In this document: one piece after another, positions 43,318 to 57,845 of the stretch
How positions within the stretch are numbered: position 1 is the stretch's first letter
How the letters are laid out: every line of letters begins with the position of its first letter
Assembly (NCBI GenBank): GCA_000165425.1
Contig: CT868677.1
Location: 186,001 to 250,000, forward strand
DNA: 64,000 nucleotides
Direction: 5' to 3'
From: Paramecium tetraurelia
Taxonomy: Eukaryota
Program-made: the position numbers and the translations under genes
Notes under the pieces: model-generated
What the model saw: only the letters and a program-made list of their open reading frames with translations
Told to the model about the DNA's origin: nothing
The model's database searches: none

Positions 43318-43865
43318 TAATTTTATTGTATATAACATTAATACTCACAATAAATGCTAAAAAAGAAGTTCGATCCTATCTCTGTGAGACCTAAACTTTC
43401 GATAAACATATCTATTGCATGGGATGCTAGGAGATCATTCGGAAGACTCTGAAGGACATAAAGTAAAGCAGAAGCAAAATTTTGATTGAGGATGCATTGA
43501 GTGCAATTTGTGAGAAGGAATTCATAGGATATGCTTATATCAGTAGAACAGTTCAATCTGGATGCAATTTATTTATCGGTGGTTGGAGAGACTAATTGAC
43601 TGAATATCTCATGAGGAGAGAATCAAATGAAACGATTGATTATATAGTAAAAAAGGGTTTATTTGAATTATGTAATTTATTTTCAAGTTTATTAATATTA
43701 ATAAATGTCTACGAAGTCTTTGGAGGAGGAAATCAAATCTCTAGAATCGAAGGTACTTTTATGAAACTAAGCAAAGATTGGTAGGATGTCAGAAGATATA
43801 GAAGGATTAGATAAATATTATGCAGATAAAAGTCATCAGCTTTTTCATTTGAATACACAAATTGA
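43314..43865 (+). CDS. Secreted saposin-B/canopy-like protein, 3' end uncertain (possibly truncated)
   Basis: Signal peptide MIILLYITLILTINA, then YCMGCQEII..EDALSAIC..QSGCNLFI..DQLTEYL, a saposin-like Cys spacing. Confidence 0.6.
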
Positions 43866-46195
43866 AGGGCTTTCTAAATCTCTGAAATAACGAAAGGAAT
43901 TAGGCACAGATAAAATTAAAGAACAATTAGAATAAGAACAAGTTGTTTTGAAGAAGAGTTAAGAATAAACCGATGTCAAACTAAGAAAAACATTTTAGAA
44001 TTTCTTTACTCAACAGAAAACGAGAATGTATTTATTAGCGAACAAATCAAATTAAAAGATGGATGTTAATTCTGTAGCTGTCTTTTTACTAGAGAATCCT
44101 CATAAGTTTGTGTTAACCAGATGGAATGAGGATGAAACCTAAGATTTTAATGATGGATTTGCAGTCACCTATAGATGTGTTACATTTCTAATTAAGAAAA
44201 CAACAACACTCTAATAGATCTTCGAGTGGAGTGTCTAATATTGGGAACTGTCTAGAAGTGAATACACAATGGTCGATAAGAATTGCAATTGCATGGATCT
44301 ATTGATGAATTATTCAGCAGAAAACTTCTTCTCTGCTCATAAAGAACAAGTCCAATTCGCATGTCTTTATGTATATCGTAAATAATTGGCTACTAACTTT
44401 TTACTGGATGAGTAAAAGATCAATATCTCACTTCCAAATAGGAATCAATAAGCAAGTTAGGATGATGAAAACATTAAATAGATAAGAAAAGAACTGGATG
44501 AATTTGTGGATGTTTAACCTGGTTTGAAACTTTATGAAAACCAAAACTAAGAAGAAAACATTGAAAGTACTGATATCAGTATAGGCTGGAAAATATTTCT
44601 ATTGATCTTATCAGCTACTCTTCTTATCTTAATCTATCTAAATTCTAAAAATATCATGGATTACGAAACAACTTCTTAAGTTAGATTAACCTTGCATAAT
44701 TATCTACTTGAAGTTAAATATGGTCTGAATACAGTTTCTACTATAGATGATCTGTACAAAAAAATCAATTTGATTACTATAGTGGATAAGTTTAATGTGA
44801 CTCAAACGGATGGATCTGTTTAAGAAGAAATCAAAATTCAATTCTAATTCATCCAAATGGGACCTAAGTTTAAGGTGTTTCAGGTATAGAGTAGTAATTA
44901 TTCGTGTAATGAAATCGAATTAGCATCAGGATACAATGAATGCTATTATTCAATATATAGTGATACGAATGCCTTAAAAAGTTAAATTACAGCTCCAGAT
45001 GGAAATACTTATCCTTGGGGTGAATACAAAACTGAATAAGAGTCTGGTGTATTTCCTTTTAGTGGCATTCTCTCAAATTATGAAGGAGGTGGTTTTGATG
45101 AATCATATGACTCTTATGAGTATGTTGATGACAAAGTATAAACACACAAATCTTAGGGTATGTTCAATATCTATACAACCAAAATGGTACTCTTCAACAT
45201 CGTAATTTATGATGACAGCAGAGAATAATTCTATGTCATTTATTATTTTTTCGAGATCGCTCCTAGTTATGAAATTGTTCAATAATTGCATATTTAAAGT
45301 TTCAAATGTTTGAAACCAGATGAATCAGCCAATTTCTGGCTTATTGAATATGTAATGTTAACCATATCAGGACTTTTAAATTCTATCATGATATTTGTTG
45401 CCGTCAAAGAGACTCTTAATCAAATTCAAAAAAAATATTAAAACTTTTAGCTGAGAAGAGATTTTACTGCCTTCATATAAGTGGGTATAATGTATCAATT
45501 GACAATATTCATTTTGCAATTGGTAAGTTTCTTAATGTTCTCATCAATTCCTTCTGATTCATTGGATATTCTATAACATTCTGCAGAGTCTTCTATCATG
45601 TATTACGCAAATCAATTTAATAATGGATTAATTATTAGAGGAGTTCTTATCATTTTAGTAGGTTTCAACACTCTTAAATTATTTTAAATTTCAGAATCAG
45701 TCGCATTTGTTTAGGCTATGGCTGCCAAAGGAGCTGAGAACATCATTATGATTAGTAAATCAACATTTTATTTTAATTTTAGTTATCTTTGCAATTACCA
45801 TATTAGCCTCCTATGCATTCATCTTCTATTAGGTTATTCTCCTAAAGATTTGATGAATTTACAACTTACTATAGATCATTTATATCTACTTGTGGGATGT
45901 TCTTCCTTGGAAATTATAAAATTTGGTTTAAAATAGTGGATTACGAAGTTTAAACAATGATAATTATAACATCGTTGGTCTTTGTTACTTACACTTACGG
46001 AGCAACTGTGTTAGTCAATGCAGTCCTGTAAGAAGTCTATAGAACCATCAGGTAATTGAGAGATAATAATTTAGTTATCGTACTGATCATTTACAAACGA
46101 TTAAGGAATTTTATGCTAAGATTGATGAAATAAAGAAGAAGATCCATGTGGCCATTTCATAATTGATTGATAAACTAAGAAAGAAAAATTAATGA
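43705..46195 (+). CDS. Polycystin-2 (PKD2/TRPP)-like cation channel
   Basis: N-terminal coiled coil, TM1, TOP-domain-like MGPKFKVFQVQS..C and SGILSNYEGGGFD, five further TM helices; several introns. Confidence 0.72.
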
Positions 46196-46214
46196 ATTTA
46201 GTTATATAAATTTA

Positions 46215-47023
46215 ATGAAATCGTAATGCTACTTACATGGTTATCCACTAGAATGTTAGAACTAGTTGTAGGATCTATTCAATAAGATACGTGAAGGAGA
46301 AGAGTTCATAACACTCGAGAGAATCTTTAAGTTATTGCGAGTATTAACACCTTCAATATATTATATATTAGACATGGCAATATGATGTTCCATTCTCCAA
46401 TCTATGTAAATTGCTTAGGAAGTCTAATTAAGCGTGCCATCAAAATGCCAAGAATCATTTAAATGAGTAGGCATTCCATCAATTACTTCATAACCCGGAC
46501 ATACAGATGATTTACAAACCAAAGAAGGATGAAACTGTAAATACTCCTCCGACACTAGATGGATTGTTTAAAAGAATAGGAGAATAGATCGAGAGGAAAA
46601 GATTGTAGGAGAAAATGAATGACGAGAACATCACGAATAAGGAGAAGTTTAATTTTATGTTGCAGTTGTTGTAAGTAAGGTTCCCCAAGAAATGATAGAG
46701 AAAGTTCTGTGGTAATTGAAAAGGTGAAGAGCGTTAGGAAGTTCAAAGATGAGGAATTCAAACTATTTATTAAGCCCAAAAAACCAAAGAGGAAGGGCGA
46801 GAGTATATAGGAACCTCACTAGGTAAATGCAGAGGCCAAGTTTACCAAACTACCGAATGCAACTTTACATTTTCCAACTAGTAGAATTAGGAAATTACAT
46901 GATCACATGATGTAGCAGATGGATGAAATTAGGATGGATCCAAATGTACAAAAATTGAGCAATATAATTCATAAATCATAGGGGAACCTGTCAATCAGGT
47001 TACCATAAATTTAATATATATGA
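46215..47023 (+). CDS. Hypothetical protein with degenerate EF-hand-like N-terminus
   Basis: LQDLFNKIREGEEFITLERIFKLLR; two introns (31 and 28 nt); TGA at 47021-47023. Confidence 0.62.
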
Positions 47024-48360
47024 AACCACAACGATATTAAATGGATTTTAATCTCTCAAAGTCATATTTGCCATAGAAAATACAAGTCAATCGTGATTCA
47101 TCGGCCAAAAAGCTGAGCAACTCAGAAGTGAATGCTGCTATGCAAAAATACTTCTAATTACTCAAAAAGAAAGAGGGAAAAGTTTAGCATCCAATAATCA
47201 CTCCAACTCAATCCTCCAAGATTTTAAGCTAATTGGTGACAAAGGTGTCCCCTTAACTGGATATTCATTTACCTGTAAAACCCCCAACTCCAACTGGAAC
47301 TTAATCATATCGACCATCGACTGAAAAGAAACCACATCATCGTCCTCAGCAATCTGTTGGTTAGAACAAGGATCTTATCCTGAAGAAACTGCAGAGTGCT
47401 TTGTTTCAAAAGCCAAAAACACAATCACAATAGGTTACTCCAAAAAGTGCTGGGAAGGGCAGTCTAAGTGTTAATAAATATTTTGAGAGCACTAAGAAGT
47501 TAAGTACGGATCAACAACAATATTACATAACCAAAGTGAGGAATGCATTTAGCAAACCTATTCATGATGACTACTTTAGTAGAATGTACAGAGAGCATTT
47601 TCTTTAAACCTATTAAGGAATCTATGTTGCCTCGTATTTATAGCCAGCCGACCCAAAAGATCTTAAAATCAAATAAGTACGTCTGAAACAAAAGGATATT
47701 TACAAAAGTATTAATCTAATTGTTGATATTCATAGATAAAATTAGCATCGTTTTTGATCTTGATGAGACCCTGGTTCATTGCAACGAGAGTCTAGCCATT
47801 CCCAGCGATGTGATCCTTACTATTCAGGTTTCTCCTCAAGAAACGATTAAAGCGGGAATCAACATTAGACCTGGGGCTGTTAAATTGCTAGAATTATTGG
47901 TCAATGACTTTGAATTGATCATTTTCACTGCTTCGCATCCTTGTTATGCCTAAAAGGTGATTGAGTATCTGGATCCCAATAAGACCCTCATCTCCCATAG
48001 TTTGTATCGTGATAATTGCGTAATGACCACTGGAGGTATGTACACGAAAGATCTGAGAATCTTTGATCGGCCATTGAGTCAATTGGTCTTGATTGACAAT
48101 GCTTCCTATTCTTATGCATGGCAATTGGACAATGGGATTCCAATAATCCCATTCTATGACAACAAGGAGGACAAAGAGTTGGAATCGTTACTTAAGTACC
48201 TGAGAGGTATGCAAGGTTGCAAAGATGTCCGAGATTACAACAAGTTTATTATAGATTTTAATAATGTAGAGAAAACCTTAAATTGTACAACTTCTAGGAT
48301 CCATCAGGGCCTGGGGCGGTGTTTGAGAAATTGTTTCAATAGAAGATGGAAATCTAATGA
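47020..48360 (+). CDS. CTD small phosphatase / NIF-domain HAD phosphatase (SCP-like); start 47020 or 47041
   Basis: IVFDLDETLVHC, INIRPG, LIIFTAS, YRDNC, KDLRIF, VLIDNASYSY, NGIPIIPFYDNKEDKEL. Confidence 0.92.
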
Positions 48361-48373
48361 TATTTTTATTAAA

Positions 48374-51300
48374 ATGAATAACACTTTACTCCCAAATTTA
48401 GATGATAAGCCTTATTACCACATCTACGAGCCTTCCCTGAAAGAGACACTCAATGCCAGTAGTCTTATTTACATTATTTCGTTTAGTCCATGTGGAATCA
48501 CAAACAGAGTCTCTTTCTCCAAGTGATGAGAAATCTATTTACATTCAAAATCTTATCATGAGGATGTTCCCTGAAATCCAGCTTCGATAACACAGCATCC
48601 TCATCTGCCAACATTTGTATACCAAAACATACACGATCTTCTTCATGAATTCAAAATAAGTACCATATAGCTATTGTTGCAATCGTCCACTTTAAGTTCG
48701 TTGTTATCCAATTGGCTTCGGTTTAGTATTGTGTTCAGGAGAACGATGTCCAAAACCTGAATTGAAGGCGTTCAAATTCAGTGACAATACTCCAAAATTG
48801 GAAGAGAAATTGAACAACAAATTGTCCAAACTAATTTCTATGGGGAAACACAAACATGTCAATCTGATCTAACAGAAACAGCGTTTGGGGTTGGAAGAGT
48901 TCAAGAAACATGTTACTGAGACTCCAGACACAGTTGTTGTGAAACCTCGTTCACAATCATATTATAAGGGAAGTTCAAATTTCTTGAAACGACCCTATAA
49001 ATTATAAAAAATGGATCCATAATTGAGTCACTACACATAATTCTTCATCGTTGTCACCAATCTTTGTAAGACCAACCAAATCACATCTGAACAGAAGACT
49101 CTCCTCAAAACTAGTCTCACTCACAAAGAAGACAAAATATGTCGTGTTCTCATTCAAAATAGTGGTCCTGGAAAGTATGCCTGAACCTTCACATTAATTA
49201 GGGAAATGCAATTACGATAGGCAATACTCGATTATTTGGATGAATAAAATAAGGCATTGCAACGAAGACGATAACATAAATCCAAGACTGTCCATTTTAT
49301 GAAGGATGTTACAGATGAAACCAAACAACAGAATGCAAACTAATTTGAATAATCTATCCCATAGCCCTTAGTTGGAGTTGGTGCTATGATCGATAAACTG
49401 ACAGAATTGTTGAATAAGCACATTGACAAGCACAATCTACTTGTGCCAGAAGACAAAGAGAAGTTATTGCAATTATGCAATTTGATACTACAACTCACAG
49501 CTGAATAAGATGATCCCAATGGCTAGCATGCATTAAATACACGCGACAATAATAAGTTGACTGAAATAAGTGAGAAGGATGGCGATTCTTGCGAAGAAGA
49601 TGTGTATGACAAAATGAAAAGGCAAATCAACGAGATCTACAAGGAATTAAAGAATATAATTACTGGCAACTTGCATACTCATCTACTCCTCATGCAGGAA
49701 GACATTTCATATGAAAATTTGTATTAAGTACTCAAATTCCTTCTCAAGATTCTTGTCGATGCTGATGAATTCACTTTCTTCATTCATCGAGACAAGGATT
49801 GGGAAGTATACACTTCAGCCAATGATTCAATCAAAGATATCACCACTGAAGAAGCCTAAAAAGTAACAGATGAATTGGCATATATCCGACCATGTTACAT
49901 CCACAGAGTCGATCAAAAATAGAATCAATACCCTCAAATCCAAGAGACCTGTAAATCTAACACTTATGCACAAACATCCCTTGTTAAATTCCAATTGAAC
50001 ATTAAGAATTATGAAGTGCTCTTCTGTTTCCATTGGACAGACAAGGACAAGAAGAACATCAAACGAAACTTCATCAAGTAATCATCATCATCATCATTTA
50101 GTTATGCTAACATCTATGGATTTAACACAGATGTCACTCACTTAGCCTAGTTCTTAGTTGAAACTATCATAACTGCTAAAGTATAATTTTTCAATCCCTT
50201 ACGCTTTGCCGATCAAGTACAAGACATAGGAATTACCTTTATGAGGGTTTCAAGATTTTTATTGTTCGAAGGCATTAAAAAGGCTTTAAGTCAAAAATAT
50301 GATGTCGAAAAGGCACAATAGAATTAATCTGAAGGCGTTGTTAAGAAAGACAAAGACCTGCCTTCATTAAAAATAGAATTAAAAGACTCAAACCAACTGA
50401 CCTTAAGAATCACTAACATGGATCTGAAAAATGAACAAGATCAAAATTTGTATTCACTTGTAAATATTATTTGCCATATCCCATTAGTTAATCCAAATAT
50501 TAGAGAGGTATGACGGATACGTGAAGCTATGTTATGAAAAGTCAGCATTTTACAAGTATTTCCTCAGAACCACTGACTCCCTATTGTTTGATTTTAATAA
50601 GCAAGGAGAACTGATATTCCTAAGTAGACCGATTTCCAAGTCTTTGAAGTAATACCTTAGATATATCATATAATAGACAAAAGCATAATATCACATTTGA
50701 CCCAAAAGCAATTCTATACAATAAAATTACTTATCAAGATATATTTGCTTAAAACAGTATTATTTCCAATATTGAGGTGAATATTTAGAATATTCATGAA
50801 AATAGGCAAAATCAATATTTGAGCAATCTCGAAATCCCTCAATTTGAAATATTTCTTAAAGTGATTGATAATGACTTCAAAGGATTCACAGTTATATTCC
50901 ATGAAAACGAGGCCAGGAGACTTAAACACTACTTCATGACTCTGAAGATGGACAGCATGACTAATGACGTATAGAAGGAAGCTGAAGTCAATAAGTCATT
51001 TGAGGAGGATATCTAAAGACAAATACTAATACAATACAACAAACATCAAACCTTCAAGTTCCTAAATTAGTTAGATGAAACACAAGATGTAGCGAATTCA
51101 ATGATTGCTCTATTCATTCCTGAAAACGAATTGCAATAAATTAGACATCGTAAACCTGATGTAAAGGGTTCAGAATCATAAACTAAGGACATGTTAAATG
51201 GTTAATGGGTTATTCCTCCATAGAAAAAGAAGAAGATCAGTTCAAGTGTGTATATCAAATGTCAGCAACAATTAGAGTAAGTCGATGTAAATTAATTTAA

Positions 51301-52337
51301 AATCCTTGAGAGGGATTCTCAATTGGATTTGTTTGAATTCAATATTTTGGCTCTGGATTCCTCATAAGAAAAGCATAGATTAGTGTATAGTATTCTGGAG
51401 AAGAACGGATTCATTGCCTAATATCAGATGAATAATTTATGTCTAGCTTAGTTCTTAAGTGTTCTCTAAAAGAAGTACAATAAGAAAAATAATTCATTTC
51501 ACAATTATGATCATGGTATATCTGTTATGTAGAGTGCTCATTTCATGTTGCAATGCGGAAAGGCCAAACAATTTATCGATGATTTCAGAAGGATGGCAAC
51601 CATTATATCTGGGCTGTGTCATGATGTCTCACACACTGGAAGAACCAATATGTTCATGATCAACAGTTAGTCTAAGTTGGCCACCAGATATCATGATGCT
51701 AGTGTAAGAATCAAATTATACTTTAGCCTCTTGAATAACATCATGCAGCCACCACGATATTCATGCTCAAAGACTAATCCCTCAATTTCTTAAGCAACCT
51801 AACCAAAGAACAGCACCAACAATTCAGACGCATTCTCATCGACAACATTCTCTACACCGATATCAAGGTCCATTTTACTCTCTTGAAAGATTTTGAAAGC
51901 AGAATCAAGGAAGATGTAGCAAAACCATTTGGAACGGGAGATGATGATCTTAAACTATTAACTGGTATGATAATTCACACTGCAGATTTCAACGGAGGAG
52001 CCAAAGTTTTTGAAATCTCAAGAATTTGGTCAGAAAGAGTGAACAAAGAATTTAGTGCTCAGTATGAAGAAGAGGGCAGATTGGGCATTCCATAAACACC
52101 TTTCTTAAAAGATTTGGATAAAATATACATCATGGCCAAATCTGAAATGGGATTCTTTAAAGTTATTGTAAGACCTTTGTGGTTTACTCTAAATGCCTTT
52201 TTTGTAAGTTATTGACATAATTCTAATAGGATGGCCATTTGCACCAGAGCATAACCAATCTTGACAATACTATTATTAGTTGGGAAAAGATCTATCACGC
52301 CAATCTTCCAAAAGAAGAACGACTATAATAATCATGA
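48374..52337 (+). CDS. Large class I cyclic nucleotide phosphodiesterase (possible GAF-like N-terminal region)
   Basis: NSFHNYDHGISV, LCHDVSHTGRTN, LEQHH, ILYTD, IIHTADF, WSERVNKEFSAQYEEE..LGIPQTPF, SEMGFF. Confidence 0.9.
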
Positions 52338-52845
52338 ATATTATCATTGTTTATTTTTTAAGCATTCTATCATTAACTAATTCTAAAGATTATCTCCATA
52401 TATAATAAATACAAATAGAATTATTAATCTTATGTATTTGATAGCATTTTAAATACAAATGGTTTTCAAAAGGATATTTCTGTTGTTAATTAATTGTATT
52501 CCAGTAATCATCATTTAAGTAATTTCAATACAATTTGGGTTATATTGAGATATGTTATTACCTATTAAAGTTATTGAAAGTATACTATATATATTTAAGG
52601 TTCAAATCTTCATCATTATATAAACATTTTAAATCATGCTAACATATAATTTAATTATAAAAATTATGATATATTGAATTTATTCTAATAAAATAAACTT
52701 AAATTGATTTTTATTAGATAATTTAATTTTTAAAAATTACATAATATGAAGTGAAGCAGGTTTTTAGTTTGAATCATAATGGAAATTTATTTAGGGAATG
52801 AAAAAACTTTGAATTTACTCATAATATTTTATTTCAAATAATATT

Positions 52846-55800
52846 TCAATTAAGTTTCTATTTTGGAACAAAGTACATAGGTAAATGGTTCTAATTTTGT
52901 CTGATGAATTCGATTGTACCTTCCTAAATACATATAATGATATACGACTTACTTGTATATTTTCGACAATATCTCTAGTGATGAGTTTTTTAATTTCTTC
53001 AAAGAAATTATCATCCATATAACGACCATCTCTTGCATACTCTTACGATTTCTCAAGTACCTGATCAATAAGTTCATTTTTTAGCATTTCACTTTTAGTA
53101 ATGTGTCTGAATTCACTAAACCATTCATGATAAAGAGCTATGGCCCAATTTTCAGATAGAAATTCTGAAACATTGTTTATGAGTTTGCCTCTTTAATCCA
53201 ATTTGTTCAAATATCGTACTGACAATTCAATGAAGTGAATCAAACTTGGAATGTGAACAGCCTCAGAACCGAAGTAAGTGAGACTCTCAATAAGCCCATT
53301 TGGATCAACATCAAATTATAAGAAATGACCTTGAGAATCCTTAAAATTATCAGACACTATGGGTTTAGATGGTTATTATTGTAATTGTCTTGGCTTTGAG
53401 AAGTCATTCTTTTTGATATAATAGTAATAAAGTTTGTAAGGAACTATGCCTCCTTATCCTATTGGCATATACAACTACGGTAATTCATCAACTGAATAAG
53501 TTTGGGATGTTAAATAACTCAAATTTAATTATTCCAAAATGCACTTACTAAGTTTTTAACCTAGTTCCCTGCCATTATATTTATCTAATCTTAGACTCTT
53601 GCCAACTGAATGGTGTTTGTATCTTTGAGAGAACTCACAAATCTTGCCACAAGCAAATATATTTTCTTGGGTGGTTTGAAAATTACTCTTGACAATCAAT
53701 CTACCATTGTAGACCAATCCATTTTCATGTATGATATTGAAGATTTCCTTGTCAATATCAATCAATCCACTTGTGATGAAGAATCTTGAATCCAATTGCA
53801 AATAATCATATTCACTTGCCTTGAGTTACTCAATTTCTCTAGCAAGTAATTCTAACTAATTCTCACCTTCCTCCTATTCTCCATACATATCTTTGCTCAT
53901 ATTGTTTTCAGAATTATCTTTTAACTCTTAAAGTTCTTACTCCTTCCTCTGAATCTCAATTTTTAACTCTTCGTAGTTGTCTGCCTATTTTCTGAAAATG
54001 ACTTCCTACAATACATCTTCACTATTTATTCCAAATCCTTCCTTACCTACCTTCAATTCATATAGCGTGAATCCTTAATGGATTTATATGCCTAATTCTA
54101 GCATTATGGCAAATACTTTGTTTTTAACTTCCTCATTTTCAAATTAATCAGGGTCAAATATCATTTTATCATCTTATTCAAGTCTTTGTTTATTGTTTTC
54201 AAATTTGGTTTATTTTTAAAAGGTCTTGGGTGGCATAACATAATGAATGCGGGATGGATGGACACCTCTATTGAGCAATCCATTCATAAAAGTGATGGTA
54301 GTCAAGGTGTTGCCATAAATAGTTATATTTTGTGGTTTTTTCTTTCTGGTTAACAAATCAATATTGCTTCCTTTGAATCCAGTTCTTTTGAAATGGGAGT
54401 AGAGATATGGGTCATCTATGCTATACACTCCATTTATAAATTATGAATTTTTGTAATATGGAGACTTGGATAGACCAAAACTTATTTTTTCTCTTGATTA
54501 CAATTCAGTATCAATCAATCCAACAGTGATTATGAGATAATCAAAAGGAATGAATGCATTTTTATCAATTTTAATTCGATTTCCTTTTTTATCCAACTTT
54601 ACCATTTTAGCATCCACTACTTACACTCGAGCATCCAACATCAGAGCTCTTAATTCTTCCAACGTATAATTAGTACTCATAGCTTTGAGCATTTCAAATT
54701 CATGTTTTACATGCATTGTTATCAACCCTCCAGGAGCCAATAAGATAATATTAGTAAAATTGATATCCTTTATCGTAAGTAAGGATTCAATGAAAGACAA
54801 TCCAGTATCAGATGCTCCAACAACAACTATACGGGAGTTATTAGAGATTTTAACATTGGATAACTACTTTTTTGTAAGCATTGCTAAAGAGAAGGGGGAT
54901 TGAGTTTAATCATATGGGTCACGATCATCTAGAATTGTGCCCATACGTTCCTTTTGATCATCATCAAGAGTCCAATCCCATTTCTATTTCAAGAAATGAG
55001 GAAAGGCACGACTTCTCACAAAATTGAATTCATGGAATACATCAGGCAATAGAGTACGATCATGAATTTCTAACATTATACATGTCTTATCCATCAACCT
55101 GCAAATTTCTCGTAAAATAAATCTAGTTTGTTTAGCAAACAAAGGATTCAAGATTCCATGTAATAATCTAGTATGCAAATGTTTAGGATGTTCCTTAATT
55201 AGGATATGATCTTAAACACAGAAATGAGATTTCAAATATTGGAGATTAACATACTTCTTCATGCAATATAATCCAATTATTTCATCTTTGCAATAGACAA
55301 TAAATGTTTCGTTGTCGTTTACATTTCTGACATCTTTTTCAATGCCATCTTTTCCTAAGAGATTCTCAACTAAAAATTGACATTAGTTCCATTCACTTTG
55401 ATTGAACTTTCTTAATTCAATCAGATGAGAATCTAAACTGTTTCTATGAAATATATATAAGACATGTTCAAAGGTGGAATGTTTCTTCCTTGATACTTAT
55501 AGAAAGTGTGATAACAGAGTAGTCTCTTAGACTGTGTATGGTTATGTTAGGATGAGATACTCACGATCAGGGAAGAGTTCAAAGGCTCTTTCAACAAAAT
55601 CAAGTGATCTTGATTCAAATCGTTCATCTATGCAAAATAGATTGATAACAACAGCATTTTGAGCTGCTTTAGGGACTTCTGGGAGTTAATCAATAGATTG
55701 GATCTAGGAAACATGTTCATCAAATTATGTTTGATTCCTTTCAACATTTTTAGATTTTTCCAGATTATTAATTTTATTTAAATTCATCTTATATAATATC

Positions 55801-57830
55801 TTCTACTTCATTCTGTAATATATTTGATCGAACTAACTACAATCTGCACATCATTTAATCATATCTTTTTAGTTTTTAAATGGCTCCAATGAATTCACTA
55901 TATGAAGTCATTTTCTACAAAACATCAACAGGTTTAGGTGCATCATCACCAACCTTCTTAAGATTGGCATCCTTCTTTTTGGCATCCTTTTCCTCCTTTA
56001 TTTTTTACACAATCCTATTGTCTACTTCTAATTCACCAAAACATTCTAATATGAATGCAAGATTCTCTCCCAAAGGTGCTCCAATGTCAAATCCTTTATT
56101 TCTTAGTACATCTGGAAATTCAATTAAATCTATATGACGACTAGGATCCATTTCTCCGTTTTCAGTACAGAATTCCATAATCAACTCTTTGACCCTTGAT
56201 TCTATTTATTTTCTGAATTGTGTTCTAGTTTCAGCTGATACTGATGTGAATTTAGTAAAGGCTTATAAGAATGGTCCCAAATCAAAATAAGGAGGTGGTT
56301 TGAAAATGTCTTCATCCTTATCCTCCTTCTTTGCTTTTTTTATTAGTCTTCTTCTGTTATCTTTTTGGGCTTTTGAGAGAGAGAGCCTTTTACTCTTCTT
56401 CCTTCTTCTTGGCCCAATCTTTCCAATGGCCTTCTCCATTCATGTATCCTTTGGGTAATCCAAAGAACTCAAGGGCTTCCAATAAAACTTGGATTGGTTT
56501 AATGGTGATGCATTCTAAATCCTTGAATGAATCAGGATATTCAAGAAATAGATCACTGGGTTTGAATACTTGATAATCCTTCAACCACCCGTTGATCATA
56601 TTAGTCACAACCTATTATGTAAGTGTTTTAGCTAAGTCTTCTTACCCATAATCATCAATCTTTTGCTTAATCTCCTAGTCTCTATCAAAACAATACTATT
56701 GTAAATAGAGTCTTTGTCCAACTATATGACATTTCATGGCTTCTTTGGTCAATTCAATGTGCTTCTTGTAAGTAATGATCTGCTTGTTGATTTGTTTCCT
56801 CAAGTGCCAATTAATCCAGTCGATTTCTAATGGCTTCCATATATTCTGATTTGTAGAGATTGTCAAACACTTCTAAATCGAAACACTATCCAAGTAGACG
56901 ATAACTACTTTAGACTATTCTCTTACTCAATATCACTTGAAATACTCATCAATCCCACTGCCTTATCTCCAACTTATCCTACAATAGCCTTTCCATCACT
57001 CCTATAATTCCTAGCTTATCTCCTAGTTTGATTCTGAGTAGCAATTAAGTCCGCAATGAAGAATTCACCGAACTCTTCAGTATGCACATCTGATTGACGA
57101 TTAAAGATGGCAGCCAAATCATCATGATCCTCTTCACGAGCCATACGAATTTCCAACAATTCAGTTACCATAGATGACGCTGAATAGTAGATCTCACAAT
57201 TCTGATTCACTCCTTGCATGAACTATTATTTTAGACTTTAAATATACCTTCAATTTGAAATCTTGTCTTTTTGGGAGAATTTCAAATAAATTCTCTAATG
57301 CGATATCCAATTCTTATTGAGTGGCATCAATTGCTTCACTCCTCCTCAAAAAGAAGATCCCATTGACAACATTCAAATAATCATAGACCTTTTGAAAGAT
57401 TTGTTTGGTGATCTGTAACTGTTGGTCTTCAGTCAATTGGAATCGCTTCTTAGCTAGATCTAGATATAGAAAGAATACCAAGAAAAAAGAAAGTCATCCA
57501 AAGACAGTTGAATGAACTCACATGAAAGCCAATGTCCCAGCCATCATGAATCCATTATTCCCACAAATTCTCATGCTTAAAATCAACCTATCCAGTAACA
57601 CCTTAAGGACAATCATCAAAGACTGCCCCTCCTATAATATTATTCTACGAATCAAGCACTGTGACTGACAAATAGGATCTCTCAAATAATGTAAGAATCT
57701 TGGGATATGCGTAGAGTTATTATAAGTCCTCTTCTCCCTCTTCCTGCATCAATTACATAATCTCATCGTAATCATCCAAATCTGCCTTCCTTATCTGCAG
57801 CTCTTAACCTTGTTATTCAGAAAATGACAT
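52846..57830 (-). CDS. CFAP61: Cilia- and flagella-associated protein 61
   Basis: LEIRMAREEDHDDLAAIF, FGEFFIADLI, NAVVINLFCIDERFESRS, NNSRIVVVGASDTGLSFIESLL, IHENGLVYNGRLIV..FQT...IFACG, FLSENWAIALYHEWF. Confidence 0.92.
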
Positions 57831-57845
57831 TAATAAATTTAATAA

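Noticed and set aside
46192..48380. ATGA at the stops of the polycystin-like gene (46192) and the NIF phosphatase (48357)
   Set aside because: These ATGs open only 6-8 codon ORFs and are chance products of TAA-TGA endings.
52338..52845. tRNA or snoRNA in the convergent spacer (GGTTCAAATC near 52599)
   Set aside because: There is no cloverleaf pairing or box C/D pair, and the context is extremely AT-rich.
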